Positions 9,944 through 18,324 of a stretch of DNA of 64,000 bases are shown piece after piece. The stretch covers positions 352,001-416,000 of the forward strand of contig CAXXGO010000006.1 in NCBI GenBank assembly GCA_963666835.2, given 5' to 3'. The notes below the pieces were generated by a model. The model searched no databases and was not told the origin of the DNA. It was given only the letters and a program-made list of their open reading frames with translations. Numbering within the stretch: position 1 is the stretch's first letter; the number at the start of each line of letters is the position of its first letter. This DNA comes from Phycisphaerae bacterium. GTDB lineage: Bacteria; Planctomycetota; Phycisphaerae; UBA1845. Position numbers and translations under genes: made by a program.

Positions 9944-11020
9944 ATCTTCTTTGATTAAATGCCAATACTCTGGCACATTACTGTTGAAATGATGAACCGC
10001 CTTGGTGTAATGTGCATGTCACAAACAAAAACAAATACACAAGGAGGTTCATCACCATGAAGCATAGCAGAAAGAGCGTCGAACGCAAAACCTACGCAAC
10101 CCCGAATATCAAGTTCGAACAGCAACAGCTCACCTCCTTCGCCGGCGTGGTGATTCTCCAGCCGTTTCTGGCGGCCATCAGCTTTACGGCCCAGGTGGCG
10201 CGGTGCTTTCGGCATATTTGCGTCGGCAAGGTCTATAGCCGGGCCACGGTCTTTTTCCAACTGATCATTCACCTGCTACTCGGCTACCGGGACCTCCGCG
10301 AGAGCGCCTATTACCGCGACGACCCGATGGTCAAGCGAGTGCTCGGACTCCGACGCCTGCCCGATGTGGCCACGCTGAGCCGGATGCTCAAAGGGATGAT
10401 CGAAGCCCGCAAGCGTTGGCAGTCCTTCGACGGCGACCGCTCGTTCTTCGAAAGGTCTTGGAGGCCCAAGTCCTGGGATCAAACCTATCGGTTCGTGTTC
10501 ATCCGGACTCGAACGAAGAAGCAGCAGAAGGGCCCCGTGCAGTTGGACTTGTTCATTCCTTATGAACACGGATATGAGTTCAAGGTGATCATCACCAACA
10601 AGCGGGTCGGCGTGGGCACGGTTTTGCGATTTCACGAGGGCCGCGGAACCCAGGAGGGGATCTTCGGCGAGCTGAAGACGCATTGCGCAATGGGGCACGT
10701 GCCGGTGCGTCGTTGCCTTGGGAACCAGATGTACTTGCTCGCCGGGCTCTTCGCTCACAATCTCATACGCGAACTACAAATGCAGACCGAGGCACCGGTC
10801 CGGGGCACAACCGACAACCGCGCCGCTTTGTGGATCTTCCAGCAGGTCGCAACAGTGCGCAAGACCCTTTTGCAGCGAGCCGGGCGACTGACCCGCCCGA
10901 GCGGCAAACTAACACTGACTATCAGCGGCAGCCGCAGTGTCAAAGAAGAACTCCTCGGAATCCTCGACCGCCTACGCCCCGCCGCCTGACAAGAATCGTC
11001 CGGGTTTATGCAACGCTGGG
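9944..11020 (+). mobile_element. IS1380-family element, internally deleted
   Basis: Imperfect ends (tcttctttgattaaa / tttatgcaacgctggg) around the transposase; the right end abuts a truncated RHS cassette. Ends approximate. Confidence 0.7.
10057..10989 (+). pseudogene. IS1380-family transposase lacking most of its DDE core
   Basis: AAGGAGG RBS. N-terminal LTSFAG..DPMVKRVLGLRRLPDVATLSR and C-terminal HEGRGTQEGIFGELK..AHNL are present, but no LDxD...RxDS middle section. Confidence 0.75.
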
Positions 11021-11440
11021 GGAGACGTTTCGCCCGCTGCCGGTGGTGGTGTAGGCGATCAGGGGATTGCTCGTACCGCCGACCTCGGACATACCGGTCA
11101 TGCGGCCGATGGCGTCGGTCCAGGTCTGGCCGTCGCGCGTGTAGTCGAAGCTGAATCCGCGGGTGGAGGGATAGGTGATGCCGGTCAGGCGGTTCTGTTT
11201 GGGTTTCCCGGCGGACTGCTGATACCACTGCCAGCCGTAGGTGACGGTCTTGGCGAACAAAGGCGTCACATCCGGCCTCGGGTCGAGCGTCTCGTCGGTC
11301 AGATTAGCGAAGCCGTCGTAGCCGTAAGTGATCTCGCTGAGCGCCTCGCCGGGCGTGCTTGCCGAATACGCCGCAGCGGTCGAGATCTGCCCGCGCGGGG
11401 TGTAGTCGAATGCCAACACGCCGACCGTGGTGTCGAGGGC
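11021..11440 (-). pseudogene. Orphan RHS cassette 8, truncated by IS1380 (no toxin tip)
   Basis: ALDTTVGVLAFDYTPRG...YTTTGSGRNV nearly identical to the main RHS; breaks at the IS end. Confidence 0.9.
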
Positions 11441-11606
11441 TTACGCCGTTGGGAGCGAGACCTCAAGCCCGATGAGCAACACGGGCGAAGTTGATATGGT
11501 GTGCCTCGAATGTGACGCTAACCGGCCCAGCTCCTGTCGAAGCTGCTCAACCCAGAATGCATCGCAGCCGGTGAGGCCACGGGACGGAAGAAGCGGAGAA
11601 TCAGCC
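11436..11606 (-). repeat. Conserved inter-cassette element, copy A
   Basis: Plus strand agggcttacgccgttgggagcgagacc..gcccgatgagcaacacgggcga..gtgcctcgaatgtgacgcta; also at 17809, 20846 (diverged) and 27961. Confidence 0.9.
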
Positions 11607-11607
11607 T

Positions 11608-12003
11608 TCATTGCGACAACCTACTCGCTGCTGTCACTCGGACCTCCGCCCATTTGTCGTTCAGAAGAAACTCCAGGAGGCCTCGTGGGATCTTCGGATT
11701 GCAGGCGACCGCAAGTCGAACGGAATCGTCGGTGTCCCTCGCCAGTTGCTCTAACACGTGCGGGGGGGTCCTGCGTTTGCGCGCTATTGTATGTCGGACG
11801 TTTGCTGTCGGATCTCGTGCGAGGATTTCGATCACCTCGATCGGTACTGTCTTGTTATGAGCGACCCATTCCCGCATATCCGGATACTCTGCAATCACCT
11901 CTCTCCACACTTCTAGAGGAGCCTCCTCCGCCGCTGCCCTGCGATAATCTTCCATACATTCGCTGCTTCGTAGTCGGACAAACTCCTCAGCTGAGCCGAT
12001 CAT
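11608..12003 (-). CDS. Immunity protein for cassette 7 (HEAT/Leu-rich-variant helical repeats)
   Basis: Directly after the toxin stop with an AGGAG RBS; repeats LARD...VR..VA.N. Confidence 0.8.
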   Translation of the reverse strand: MIGSAEEFVRLRSSECMEDYRRAAAEEAPLEVWREVIAEYPDMREWVAHNKTVPIEVIEILARDPTANVRHTIARKRRTPPHVLEQLARDTDDSVRLAVACNPKIPRGLLEFLLNDKWAEVRVTAASRLSQ

Positions 12004-12013
12004 GGCATTCTCC

Positions 12014-12943
12014 TTAGTGGGTCTGACTCCAAGGGATGAACTGTCCCACAGGCCCCTTGTGCTTGCCGATTATGAAATCTCCGTACTTGTCCGCATCGGC
12101 GAAGTGCGCAAGCCCCCTTTCGGTTTCCTCGAAGACCTTCCATTCACTCTCCCCGTGTTTTGCCATATCTCTCGACCACCACAACTTTGTATCTGGATCC
12201 CGTTTGATCCGCTTGTTACGCCACATCACGGATTTGTCGAATCGCTCGACCTTCCAGAGACCCCGACTCTTGGCAGCGCGAGCGCACGTATTATCGTTGT
12301 GGCTCAACGCCTCAACATGCCCGACGTAGTAGCAATCATCGGTTTGGATGTCAAGGTTGTGAACTCGATGCACGCCTGGGTATTTGCGGACCGAGCGAAT
12401 CGTGGCGTTTCCGCCGATCGTCTTGAGTTTCTCGCCGATCCTCAGATCACCGGTTTGTACCCACGAATCGCGATCGACGGAGAACAAGCGGTGTCGCCTG
12501 GTCGGGTATAGCGGCTCGTCGTGACCATCGAATCGAAGCTCGTACACATAGCCGTTCAGATGAGAAACGGTGCCCAGCACGACGCGTCCGGGCGGGGGCT
12601 TGATGGCTGGGCAATCGGATACCGAGACAACCGTGGCCGGGCCTTTCAGGCCCATTTCCGGCAAACCGAATAGAATCGTTGCGCCTTCCGTGGCACGCAC
12701 TGACTCGATCCAGGCAAGCGGACGCAATACTTCGATGTCAATGATGTCCCCCTTCGATTCCGGGTTCGCCATCTTGAGCGCAACGTGCCGCCAAGTGCCT
12801 GGGGCCGGCTCGGGTTCGGAGGGCAGACTCTGGTCGGTCGTCAGAACTCGATCGCCCACGCGAAGCGACTCGATCGCGGTGCGGCCCTGCGGCGTGACGA
12901 CGAGGGTGCCCGCGAGGAAGCAGATGCATCCTTCGGCAATTGC
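12014..12943 (-). CDS. Orphan cassette 7: Hint domain plus predicted RNase tip (Ntox21/colicin E3-like)
   Basis: Open frame from CFLAGT to SHN, almost identical to the main-gene Hint. Tip LWWSRD..HGESEWKVF..ADADKYG..GKHK. No RHS core and no clear start at the 5' end. Confidence 0.75.
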   Translation of the reverse strand, partial: AIAEGCICFLAGTLVVTPQGRTAIESLRVGDRVLTTDQSLPSEPEPAPGTWRHVALKMANPESKGDIIDIEVLRPLAWIESVRATEGATILFGLPEMGLKGPATVVSVSDCPAIKPPPGRVVLGTVSHLNGYVYELRFDGHDEPLYPTRRHRLFSVDRDSWVQTGDLRIGEKLKTIGGNATIRSVRKYPGVHRVHNLDIQTDDCYYVGHVEALSHNDNTCARAAKSRGLWKVERFDKSVMWRNKRIKRDPDTKLWWSRDMAKHGESEWKVFEETERGLAHFADADKYGDFIIGKHKGPVGQFIPWSQTH

Positions 12944-13037
12944 TCAGTGAGTAGTGTCAGGGCAACCTGGAGATGCACTCACGCGGCAAACGGCACTAAC
13001 CGAGATTCGAACCGCAAGCGGGGCAGGTTGGCTCCGG

Positions 13038-13289
13038 TCAGGTGCGATCTCCCGTAAGTTGCCTCTCGGCAGCATCCAGTAGAGTCCGAAATGCGTCCAA
13101 CGGGATGCGCTTGGCGATACGCTCTCCATCGCCGGGGAGTTCCAGGAGGCACGAGCCCGAACGATGCTCGTCCGACAGAACAAACACTAGTGCATCACTC
13201 GTCTCAACGAATACAACGCATTCCTCATAGTCGACGGGCGAGGCGAGCAGAACTCTGCAATCATCGAACGTTATGTCTTTAGCTGTCAT
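13038..13289 (-). CDS. Putative immunity protein for cassette 6
   Basis: 83-aa acidic ORF starting 7 bp after the toxin stop. Confidence 0.75.
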   Translation of the reverse strand: MTAKDITFDDCRVLLASPVDYEECVVFVETSDALVFVLSDEHRSGSCLLELPGDGERIAKRIPLDAFRTLLDAAERQLTGDRT

Positions 13290-13296
13290 AGCATTC

Positions 13297-14265
13297 TCAA
13301 TTCAGAAAACAATAGAAAGACCCGTCCCCGTTGAAGCGAATACCGCGCCCGCTTGAATGGATGAAGTCCACGCGGCCCATATTGGCCATCCTGGACTGCG
13401 TACTCGGACTTGTGAGTATATCCATCACCTGGAGGGCTGCGTCGTTATTGTACTGTGACGCGGTTGTGGCTGCTGTTCTCCATTTGCTCCCTACACGATG
13501 TGCGTGTTTCTGCAAAGCTCGCCCAGCGAATGTAAAACCGTTGCGGTCCATCATCGTTGCCGCCTGATAGAGATCGTCCAACGCGCCAATGCTGCACCCA
13601 TTATGAACAAGCAGTGTTGCATCTGAGGCGAAGTATGTATGATCCCGATGGACTTCGATATTGTAGACAGGCTCCAGCCCCGGGCGCGGGTTGATCGATT
13701 CAACCGTTGCGGTCCCGTTGAGGGTTTGCAGCTTCTCGCCGTTTTTGAGATCGCGGGCCACCACCCAATCTTCACGATCCAGCGACCAGAACGGATGGGT
13801 GCCCGTGGCGGTAATAGGCCTTTCTTGCTCGGCGAGGTGGAGGTCCATGGTCTGGGCGTTGGTCGTTACGAACTTGCCGGTGACCGGACGGGCACCGGGG
13901 TGCGGCTCCGCCAAATCCGGACAGGGACCAATGCTCACCACGGCGGCGGGGCCGCGGATACCCATCTCCGGCATCGTCAAATCCACGGTTCCGCCTTCCT
14001 CTGCACCGGTGTGAGTGAGCCAAGGCAATGGACGGAGAAGCGAGATGTCCGTTACGCTTCCGTCGCGCCGATCCGCCCGCAGACGGATGAGCCGCCAGTC
14101 ATCCGCGATGATCTCGTCGTAGTCATCCGGAAACGGCGACGTAGCCGATTCCGCAGATACACAGGCGCCATGGTGCGGGACGTCACCATCCGATGTAAAC
14201 GAGACCGTGGCTCTTGGCGGAATAACTGCGAGCAACAAGCCCAGCATGATCGTCCTGGCAATCAT
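13297..14265 (-). CDS. Cassette 6b: hydrophobic leader, C-terminal part of a Hint domain and AGRALQKH-type toxin tip (predicted RNase)
   Basis: GGAGG RBS before ATG 14265. MIARTIMLGLLLAV leader, ATGTHPF (TxxH), VYNIEV..HTYF..LLVHN, and tip AGRALQKH...GRGIRFNGDGSFYCFL. Confidence 0.75.
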   Translation of the reverse strand: MIARTIMLGLLLAVIPPRATVSFTSDGDVPHHGACVSAESATSPFPDDYDEIIADDWRLIRLRADRRDGSVTDISLLRPLPWLTHTGAEEGGTVDLTMPEMGIRGPAAVVSIGPCPDLAEPHPGARPVTGKFVTTNAQTMDLHLAEQERPITATGTHPFWSLDREDWVVARDLKNGEKLQTLNGTATVESINPRPGLEPVYNIEVHRDHTYFASDATLLVHNGCSIGALDDLYQAATMMDRNGFTFAGRALQKHAHRVGSKWRTAATTASQYNNDAALQVMDILTSPSTQSRMANMGRVDFIHSSGRGIRFNGDGSFYCFLN

Positions 14266-14359
14266 GGAATTCCCTCCGGTGGTCAATGGTAACGACCGAG
14301 ATCGACGCGGCAAGCCTCTCCGCTTGGAGGAAATCTGCGCGCCACACGTACTACTCCTG

Positions 14360-15685
14360 CTACTCCTGAAGATCGTCATTGTACGCTCCTATTTCATTCC
14401 TGCCCCGGTGTTTGACCGACGGCTCGTCTGCAATTGCACTTGCGTTCTCTGCAACCTCCCGGTATTCCACGTCGCCTGTCGGCGTACTCACAATGTCTGC
14501 AACGAGCGGGGGGACCGTTGCGCCGTTGAGAGTCGGGTCGGGCTCGCAACGTACGTAATCCCCGAGGCTGACGTCCTCGATGGGTTTTTCAGAGCCATCG
14601 CCCATCAGCACGGTGGTCCCGGCCGCAAAGCAGATTGCCCCGGCCACGCCCCGAGTCACCTTCGCCAACTGCCGTCCCTTGCCCATCTTGATGCCTTTGC
14701 CAACGTAGCGAAACGCCGACTTGGCCAATTTTGCGAACGGTATCGCCGCCGTAATCGCCGTAGCACCGAAACTCGCTATGTCCCACGGCGACCAGTCCCC
14801 GGGGCTTTTGTCGAGGTTCTTGTATACCTCCCAGAGGTCAACGGCGATTCCCGCAGGTGTAAACGAGAGGGCCGCCAACGCGAACCCCTTGGTAACGTCT
14901 AGCCCTGTGTTGAGCACCTGAGTAGCCCAGGCGAAGCCTGCCATCCACTCTCCGGGCACCTGTTGTGCGAGCTCCCATGCATCAGGGCCCTCGTACGGCG
15001 TGTCCTCGAACAGACCCGCGGCGTCCCGGCGATTCACGGGGTTGCTGCCAAGGTACTGGTATAGGTTGGGGCCGTCGATGTGTTGGCCACCTGCCGACAC
15101 CACGGCACTGACATAGGCGTTCTGTGCGTTCGTCAACATAACGTCGAACAGCACTAGCGACGTCTGGTTCGGGTCCTCCTGCATGTATCGCCCGAGCTTC
15201 GGTTTGAGGATCCGGGTGCGGTTGTTGATCCCGTCGATCTCGGGCATGTGGTCGAGGCCTTGGTGGCCTTTGGTGGTGGCGATCAGACTGGGCGTGCCGA
15301 GGATGTCGGTGATCGTGCCGTCGGATTCGATCCGCTCGGCCGCGAGGCGTTCGCCGTAGGGTTTGTAGTTGTATTGCTGCTCGAGGTATCCCTCGTGATC
15401 GGTCGTGGCCACGACGTTGTAGTTCACATCCTGCAGAATGAAATGCGGATCGGTTGGTGTCTCGTCGCTGTCGTAATATGCCACGACCTCGTCAATGTAG
15501 TCGAGGCCGTAGACGTATTGGCGGTAGAGTGCCAGCGACGTGCCGTTGTGCTTGTGGTGCTCCAGCGGGCGGTGGCCGTCGTAGTAGAAGTAGTCCCCGT
15601 CGCCGGTGGTGTTAAGATCGCCCGAGCCGGACACGGTCTTGTGGATCATCCGCCCGAGGACGTCGTATTCGTACGTGGCGATGAG
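14360..15685 (-). CDS. Cassette 6a: RHS core C-terminal part, linker and N-terminal part of a Hint domain
   Basis: Similarity to the main RHS begins at LIATYEYDVLGR. NPVNRRDAAGL core end, then CFAAGTTVLMGDGSEKPIEDV, then stop. First ATG at 15649. Confidence 0.8.
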   Translation of the reverse strand, partial: LIATYEYDVLGRMIHKTVSGSGDLNTTGDGDYFYYDGHRPLEHHKHNGTSLALYRQYVYGLDYIDEVVAYYDSDETPTDPHFILQDVNYNVVATTDHEGYLEQQYNYKPYGERLAAERIESDGTITDILGTPSLIATTKGHQGLDHMPEIDGINNRTRILKPKLGRYMQEDPNQTSLVLFDVMLTNAQNAYVSAVVSAGGQHIDGPNLYQYLGSNPVNRRDAAGLFEDTPYEGPDAWELAQQVPGEWMAGFAWATQVLNTGLDVTKGFALAALSFTPAGIAVDLWEVYKNLDKSPGDWSPWDIASFGATAITAAIPFAKLAKSAFRYVGKGIKMGKGRQLAKVTRGVAGAICFAAGTTVLMGDGSEKPIEDVSLGDYVRCEPDPTLNGATVPPLVADIVSTPTGDVEYREVAENASAIADEPSVKHRGRNEIGAYNDDLQE

Positions 15686-15785
15686 GCAGCGAGGCTATCG
15701 GCGCCTGCGTCTTCTACCAGGACTGGAACTCGATGGTATCAATCGGAGTCGGGGCATGCACATGGACGCGGTGCTGACCCCGAAC

Positions 15786-15809
15786 ATGCCCACGCAAGCG
15801 TAGGGCATG
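15786..15809. repeat. Single REP-like palindrome in an inter-cassette gap
   Basis: catgcccacgcaagcgtagggcatg hairpin. Confidence 0.5.
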
Positions 15810-15829
15810 CGACGCTCCCGTTTCCGGCT

Positions 15830-16096
15830 CTAGCCAGCGTAGTACTTGCCCCGCATCGCCCTCGCGATCTCCAGGCGCAACTTTGCAATCAGCTCGGTCG
15901 TCGCGTCGGGTACAGCCAGTTGCTCAGCAGTGAGGGCATCCAAGTCGACGGCCAGATATGTGAGTATCTCACCCGATGTCGCTCCTCCGGCGATTGAATT
16001 GCTGAGGCGCTCACTCCAATCGGTATGCCCGTATTCCGTAAGCGCAGCGATCAGTCTGGCTGCCTCAGCATAAACATCGAAGTTTGATCTGGACAT
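15830..16096 (-). CDS. Putative immunity protein for cassette 5
   Basis: 88-aa helical ORF with a GGAG RBS immediately downstream of the toxin. Confidence 0.75.
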   Translation of the reverse strand: MSRSNFDVYAEAARLIAALTEYGHTDWSERLSNSIAGGATSGEILTYLAVDLDALTAEQLAVPDATTELIAKLRLEIARAMRGKYYAG

Positions 16097-16115
16097 CTGA
16101 GTCTCCGTGCTTGCC

Positions 16116-17813
16116 TCAACTACCGGGAGCGCCTTGCCACGTTTGTATGTTGGTTACCCCGCCAGGTTCCACGACCACTTCAATTCCGCCGCCGGGATTT
16201 GCGCCGACTCGAGGGGCTGTCCGTGTAATGAACTGGGCGCCAGCCTTCAGCCGACCGCACAAGACGAAGTCCGGTTTCCCCATGTTTTCGGGCGGCACAC
16301 CGTACCTTGCAGAGTATCCTGGTGCCGCTGGATCTTCAAGCGCCCAATATGGCGAATCGCTTCCCCTGCTGATACCTCGCATTCCCGTACGATACAGCCG
16401 AGCGCCAGCAGCTACTCGTCCCCGCGCGTAAAGGGCGGCAGCCGATTGATCTTGCACCGCTGCTCCTTCCGGTGTTCGTACGACGAACCCGCTCCTGAGT
16501 CCCTGCCGGATGCCAATTGCGCCTCCTAACGTCATTACGCTTGAGAAACCGGCATCGACGAGTGCCATGGTCATTTCGAGTTCATCCATAGCGTCCAGAG
16601 CATTCTGACTTCGTTGATCCGCTTGATATAGCCCGTTTAGACCGAACGCAACGCCCATCGCGCCTCCAACCAGACTGGTGCCCGATGCGGTTGCAATCCC
16701 CATCGTCATATTGAGGATTGCACCGCCCCCATGGGCGCATGCCATGAACGCAAGGCCGGCAATACCACCTCTTCCTGCTGCTCCTACGATTTCGTAGAGC
16801 GAATCGGTCAGATCCTGGTGTGCCGCACGCCCCGACAGCGTTAACTCGATGCTCTTGTAGAGGGCACTCGCAGCGCCGCCCACTAGAGCACTCACCAAAT
16901 ACTGGATGACTTCTCCGCTCGGATCACTGAACACCATCGGGTTCGAGGCAAATGGCTGATACAAGCTCATTCCATCACCGTATTGAGCGCCTGCTGTTAG
17001 GGAGGCAAAGGCGGATATAACCTGTGCTTTGCTAGCTAGGGCGGTGTTGAGCAGCAACGCTGTTTCGTTCGGGTCGCGTTGGCGGAATCGGCCGAGGGAG
17101 GGCACGTAGTCTCTGGCGCGATTGTGCCAGGACGCCGTCTCCGTGTCGTACCAGAGGCCCTTGTAGCCGAGGGACAGGGCGATCTGTTCCGGCGTGGCGA
17201 GGATGTCGGTGATGGTGCCGTCCGATTCGATCTGCTCGGCCGCGAGGCGTTCGCCGTAGGGTTTGTAGTTGTATTGCTGCTCGAGGTGTCCCTCGTGATC
17301 GGTCGTGGCCACGACGTTGTAGTTCACATCCTGCAGGATGAAATGCGGGGCCGCTGCCGTCTGATCGCTATCGTAATATGCCACGACCTCGTCAATGTAA
17401 TCGAGGCCGTAGACGTATTGGCGGTAGAGTGCCAGCGACGTGCCGTTGTGCTTGTGGTGCTCCAGCAGGCGGTGGCCGTCGTAGTAGAAGTAGTCCCCGT
17501 CGCCGGTGGTGTTAAGATCGCCCGAGGCGGACACGGTCTTGTGGATCATCCGCCCGAGGACGTCGTATTCGTACGTGGCGATGAGATGGCCCAGGTCCGA
17601 ACCGGCCAGATCGCCCGCGGCGTCGACGTGGTAGTCGCCCTTGTCATGCACCTCGACCACGCGGTTCCACGCGTCGTATTTGTAGAACTTCTCGTCATCG
17701 AGCACGAGGTTCCCGGCCGCGTCGTAATAGAAGTCGTCATTTTCGACGGACCCGCCGTTGGCCTCGGTCCGGAGGGTGTTGATCCGGTTGGCCTCGTCGG
17801 TGGTGTCGAGGGC
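16116..17813 (-). CDS. Orphan RHS cassette 5: RHS core, Gly/Ala-rich hydrophobic linker and putative ADP-ribosyltransferase-fold tip
   Basis: NPMVFSDPSGE core end. Tip LYR...PYW...GGGIE. Frame opens directly after an in-frame TAA. Confidence 0.75.
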   Translation of the reverse strand, partial: ALDTTDEANRINTLRTEANGGSVENDDFYYDAAGNLVLDDEKFYKYDAWNRVVEVHDKGDYHVDAAGDLAGSDLGHLIATYEYDVLGRMIHKTVSASGDLNTTGDGDYFYYDGHRLLEHHKHNGTSLALYRQYVYGLDYIDEVVAYYDSDQTAAAPHFILQDVNYNVVATTDHEGHLEQQYNYKPYGERLAAEQIESDGTITDILATPEQIALSLGYKGLWYDTETASWHNRARDYVPSLGRFRQRDPNETALLLNTALASKAQVISAFASLTAGAQYGDGMSLYQPFASNPMVFSDPSGEVIQYLVSALVGGAASALYKSIELTLSGRAAHQDLTDSLYEIVGAAGRGGIAGLAFMACAHGGGAILNMTMGIATASGTSLVGGAMGVAFGLNGLYQADQRSQNALDAMDELEMTMALVDAGFSSVMTLGGAIGIRQGLRSGFVVRTPEGAAVQDQSAAALYARGRVAAGARLYRTGMRGISRGSDSPYWALEDPAAPGYSARYGVPPENMGKPDFVLCGRLKAGAQFITRTAPRVGANPGGGIEVVVEPGGVTNIQTWQGAPGS

Positions 17814-17945
17814 TTACGCCGTTGGAAGCGAGACCTGAAGCCCGATGAGCAACACGGGCGAGGTTGATATGATGTGCCTCGAATGTGACGCTAACCCCAA
17901 ACTGCCCGATCGAACAAGCAAAGAACTAGTGATGTCCCCGTTTTC
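17809..17945 (-). repeat. Conserved inter-cassette element, copy B
   Basis: About 85 bp nearly identical to copies A and D; also shares a GGRGACATCACT motif with copy D. Confidence 0.9.
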
Positions 17946-17960
17946 CCTCACTGTAAAGGA

Positions 17961-18323
17961 CTATCCCTGATTGCGGTCCAGCTCCCTGCCAAGGTTTGGA
18001 CCAACTAGGGCTTTCAATCGAGACGTAACTTCGCCATACTCAGCCAGGTTCTCCAGGAACGACACGCAGATCAACTCCTGCACGGCGTCGTCCCCGAACG
18101 CCATTGACCGCTCAAGGCAGTTGAGGATTCTTGCCACTTGAGGCGGAGACCCGTTTGCGTGGGAAAGCACTTCGCCAACAACATACCTCGTCACGTCTCC
18201 GAAGAAGACATGGGGCAGAAGCTCAGCGTAGTCGTCGAGGTGCGTTTGATACACACCGTCCAGCTCAGGCACTTGCTGCAGCAGGTTGTTCACGAGAACC
18301 ACGGTGGACTCAGGTATATTCAT
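17961..18323 (-). CDS. Putative immunity protein for cassette 4
   Basis: ATG one base after the toxin TGA; LLPHVFFGDV...VQELICVSFLENL. Confidence 0.8.
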   Translation of the reverse strand: MNIPESTVVLVNNLLQQVPELDGVYQTHLDDYAELLPHVFFGDVTRYVVGEVLSHANGSPPQVARILNCLERSMAFGDDAVQELICVSFLENLAEYGEVTSRLKALVGPNLGRELDRNQG

Positions 18324-18324
18324 A

